Assembly (NCBI GenBank): GCA_964397995.1
Contig: CAYNLG010000007.1
Coordinates: 4,998-68,997, forward strand
DNA length: 64,000 bases
Direction of reading: 5' to 3'
Origin: an uncultured Anaerolineales bacterium
GTDB taxonomy: Bacteria > Planctomycetota > Phycisphaerae > FEN-1346
Part shown: piece by piece, positions 62,445 to 64,000 of the stretch
How positions within the stretch are numbered: position 1 is the stretch's first letter
How the letters are laid out: every line of letters starts with the position of its first letter
Program-made: the position numbers and the translations under genes
Notes under the pieces: generated by a model
Told to the model about the DNA's origin: nothing
The model's input: only the letters and a program-made list of their open reading frames with translations
Database searches by the model: none

Positions 62445-64000
62445 TCAGTACGAGATCGTCGCGATGACGTGAAGCCGCTGGTCGCCCGCGTCCACCTCGC
62501 GCGGATCAATGCCCCGCAACGCCACACCGTAGTCCAGCCGCACCGACAGGTTGTGCATCACCCGCAACTCCATCCCCACGCCGCACCCCATCAGTAGCCG
62601 GTTCTCCTCCAGCGGCGGGTCCAGCCGGTCGTACTGGTTGACCTTCGCCACGTCGAAGAACCCCTTCAGCACGAAGTCCCAGTCCGTCGGCCCGTAGACG
62701 TGCTGCGGACGGAACCGGAACGGCCGCCCGAGAACCTCGAACGGCTCGCGCGGCTCGTCGTAGGCGTTGCTGGGGCGGAAGGCGCGCGGCAGATGGTAGC
62801 GGTACTCGACGGTGCCGAGGTAGGCGGTGTCGCCGGCCACCACGCTCTCCGGGTAGCCCCGCACCCGGTACACCCCGCCCGCCGTCACCTGCTGCGACGG
62901 GATCAGCCGGTGCCCCAGCGAGTGCTGGCCGTGGAACCGCAGCAGCATCTCGTGGGCCAGGGTCGAGTTGTGCCAGGTGTCCGGGTCGCGCCACCCCGCC
63001 GGGTTCACCAGCGGTTCCAGGAAGAAGGCGTGCGCGACGTCCCACCGCACCAGCACCCAGTCGGTGTCCGGATTGAAGCGGCCGAACTGCATCAGCTCGT
63101 CTTCGTTGGTGGCGGCCACCTTCTCGTCAAGCCACTCGACGCGGGTCGTCCCGCGGAAGCTGCTGAGGTCGGTCTGCTTCTCCACCCGCAGGCCGACGCT
63201 GGGCAGCCACAGGTCCGCGTCCGCCTGGATCAGCGTGATCAGGTTGTCGATGCCCTCGTGCTGCCACCGCATCCCCGCCAGCAGGTCCACGAACAGGTCG
63301 CCCTGCTGCCAGCAGTTCCAGAAGACCTCCATGCCCGTCGACCAGACCTTGCCGAGGAAGACCTCCTCGCCGAGGCCCACCTCCGAGGCGGTGAACTCGC
63401 TGTACGTCCCGTAGAAAGCGTACCGCAGCCGCTCGTACCCGACGATCGGCGCCTCGTACGACACCGACGCCGCGTGCGTCGTGTTGAACTGGGCCGTCTG
63501 GTAATCCAGCGCGAGGACGTCGTCGTGGCCCGTGAGCTGGTTATGGATGAAGCCGAACCGGCTCCGCCACTCGCCCGTCTCCTCGGTGCCGGTGTTGCTG
63601 GTCTCGTGGTAGACGTACCACGGCTTGCTCTCGCTGACGTGGTAATCGAGGGTCATGTCGCCGGGCTGGTCCGCCCGGGCGACCGAGACGTCCACCTGCC
63701 GCCCCGGGTGCCGACCCAGGAACGCCAGGTACGCGTCCAGAGCCTCCTTCCGAAGCAGGCCCCCTTCGCCGTCGGGCCCGACCGGCTGGACCGGCGACCG
63801 ATTCCTCAGCCACGCGTGGGCGGGGTTGTCGACCCGGTCGTCCGGGTCGAACCGCTCCCCCGCCGCCAGCGTCCGCATCCCGACGACGCGGCCAACGAAG
63901 ATGAGGATCCGCAGCGCCGTCCGCCCCTCCGCCCGACGGTCCACCAGCTGCACCCGCGTGACGTTGCCGGCCGGGTCGTACGACCGCTCCTGGTCCACGT
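62445..64000 (-). CDS. TpsB (ShlB/FhaC/HecB-family) outer-membrane secretion/activation protein, 3' part (5' end beyond the window)
   Basis: The ORF is open to the window edge. POTRA-like region (ALDAYLAFLGRHPGRQVDVSVA...GDMTLDYHVSESKPW), then beta-barrel strands, ending ...RLHVIATISY. It lies 112 nt upstream of tpsA on the same strand. Confidence 0.85.
   Translation of the reverse strand, partial: VDQERSYDPAGNVTRVQLVDRRAEGRTALRILIFVGRVVGMRTLAAGERFDPDDRVDNPAHAWLRNRSPVQPVGPDGEGGLLRKEALDAYLAFLGRHPGRQVDVSVARADQPGDMTLDYHVSESKPWYVYHETSNTGTEETGEWRSRFGFIHNQLTGHDDVLALDYQTAQFNTTHAASVSYEAPIVGYERLRYAFYGTYSEFTASEVGLGEEVFLGKVWSTGMEVFWNCWQQGDLFVDLLAGMRWQHEGIDNLITLIQADADLWLPSVGLRVEKQTDLSSFRGTTRVEWLDEKVAATNEDELMQFGRFNPDTDWVLVRWDVAHAFFLEPLVNPAGWRDPDTWHNSTLAHEMLLRFHGQHSLGHRLIPSQQVTAGGVYRVRGYPESVVAGDTAYLGTVEYRYHLPRAFRPSNAYDEPREPFEVLGRPFRFRPQHVYGPTDWDFVLKGFFDVAKVNQYDRLDPPLEENRLLMGCGVGMELRVMHNLSVRLDYGVALRGIDPREVDAGDQRLHVIATISY

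Overview
Very GC-rich (about 70%), gene-dense window with about 35 protein genes and short intergenic gaps. I saw no rRNA, tRNA, CRISPR array, integrase or transposase. Most long track ORFs are Arg/Gly/Pro/Ala-rich antisense 'shadow' frames. I accepted a frame only when it had mixed amino-acid composition plus at least one of: a GGAGG-type RBS, a signal peptide or lipobox, or a recognisable family motif. All family calls are by-eye motif recognition, not searches.

Layout:
- 1-6.1 kb: split UxaA-type dehydratase and a 1351-aa VIT+vWA exported protein.
- 6.2-6.4 kb: tandem 115-bp triple-hairpin repeat.
- 6.5-17.7 kb: sugar ABC importer (binding protein plus two permeases, no ATPase) with three large secreted proteins, one heparinase II/III-like.
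- 17.7-20.0 kb: lower-GC type II restriction-modification pair.
- 20-32 kb: glycan-catabolism block (Tat-signal enolase-superfamily dehydratase, DUF4091-like, GH5-like, two tandem GH29 fucosidases, GH130), plus MscS and a YkgJ-type Cys-cluster protein.
- 32-39 kb: PEP-CTERM protein, two divergent lipoproteins, and a DUF4954-like beta-helix protein next to nagB.
- 39.5-50.1 kb: the most unusual locus, a five-gene minus-strand operon. It encodes a MacB/FtsX-type ABC machine whose main permease is a 1648-aa fusion to a periplasmic PA/M28-like domain with apparently degenerate metal ligands. Two OPT-like polytopic membrane proteins flank that gene.
- 51-64 kb: two-partner secretion pair (partial tpsB plus a 3771-aa tpsA with phased 240-bp repeats).

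The gene content and a 'HGQDARAT'-type palindromic repeat suggest a Planctomycetota (Phycisphaerae-like) origin. This is inference only.
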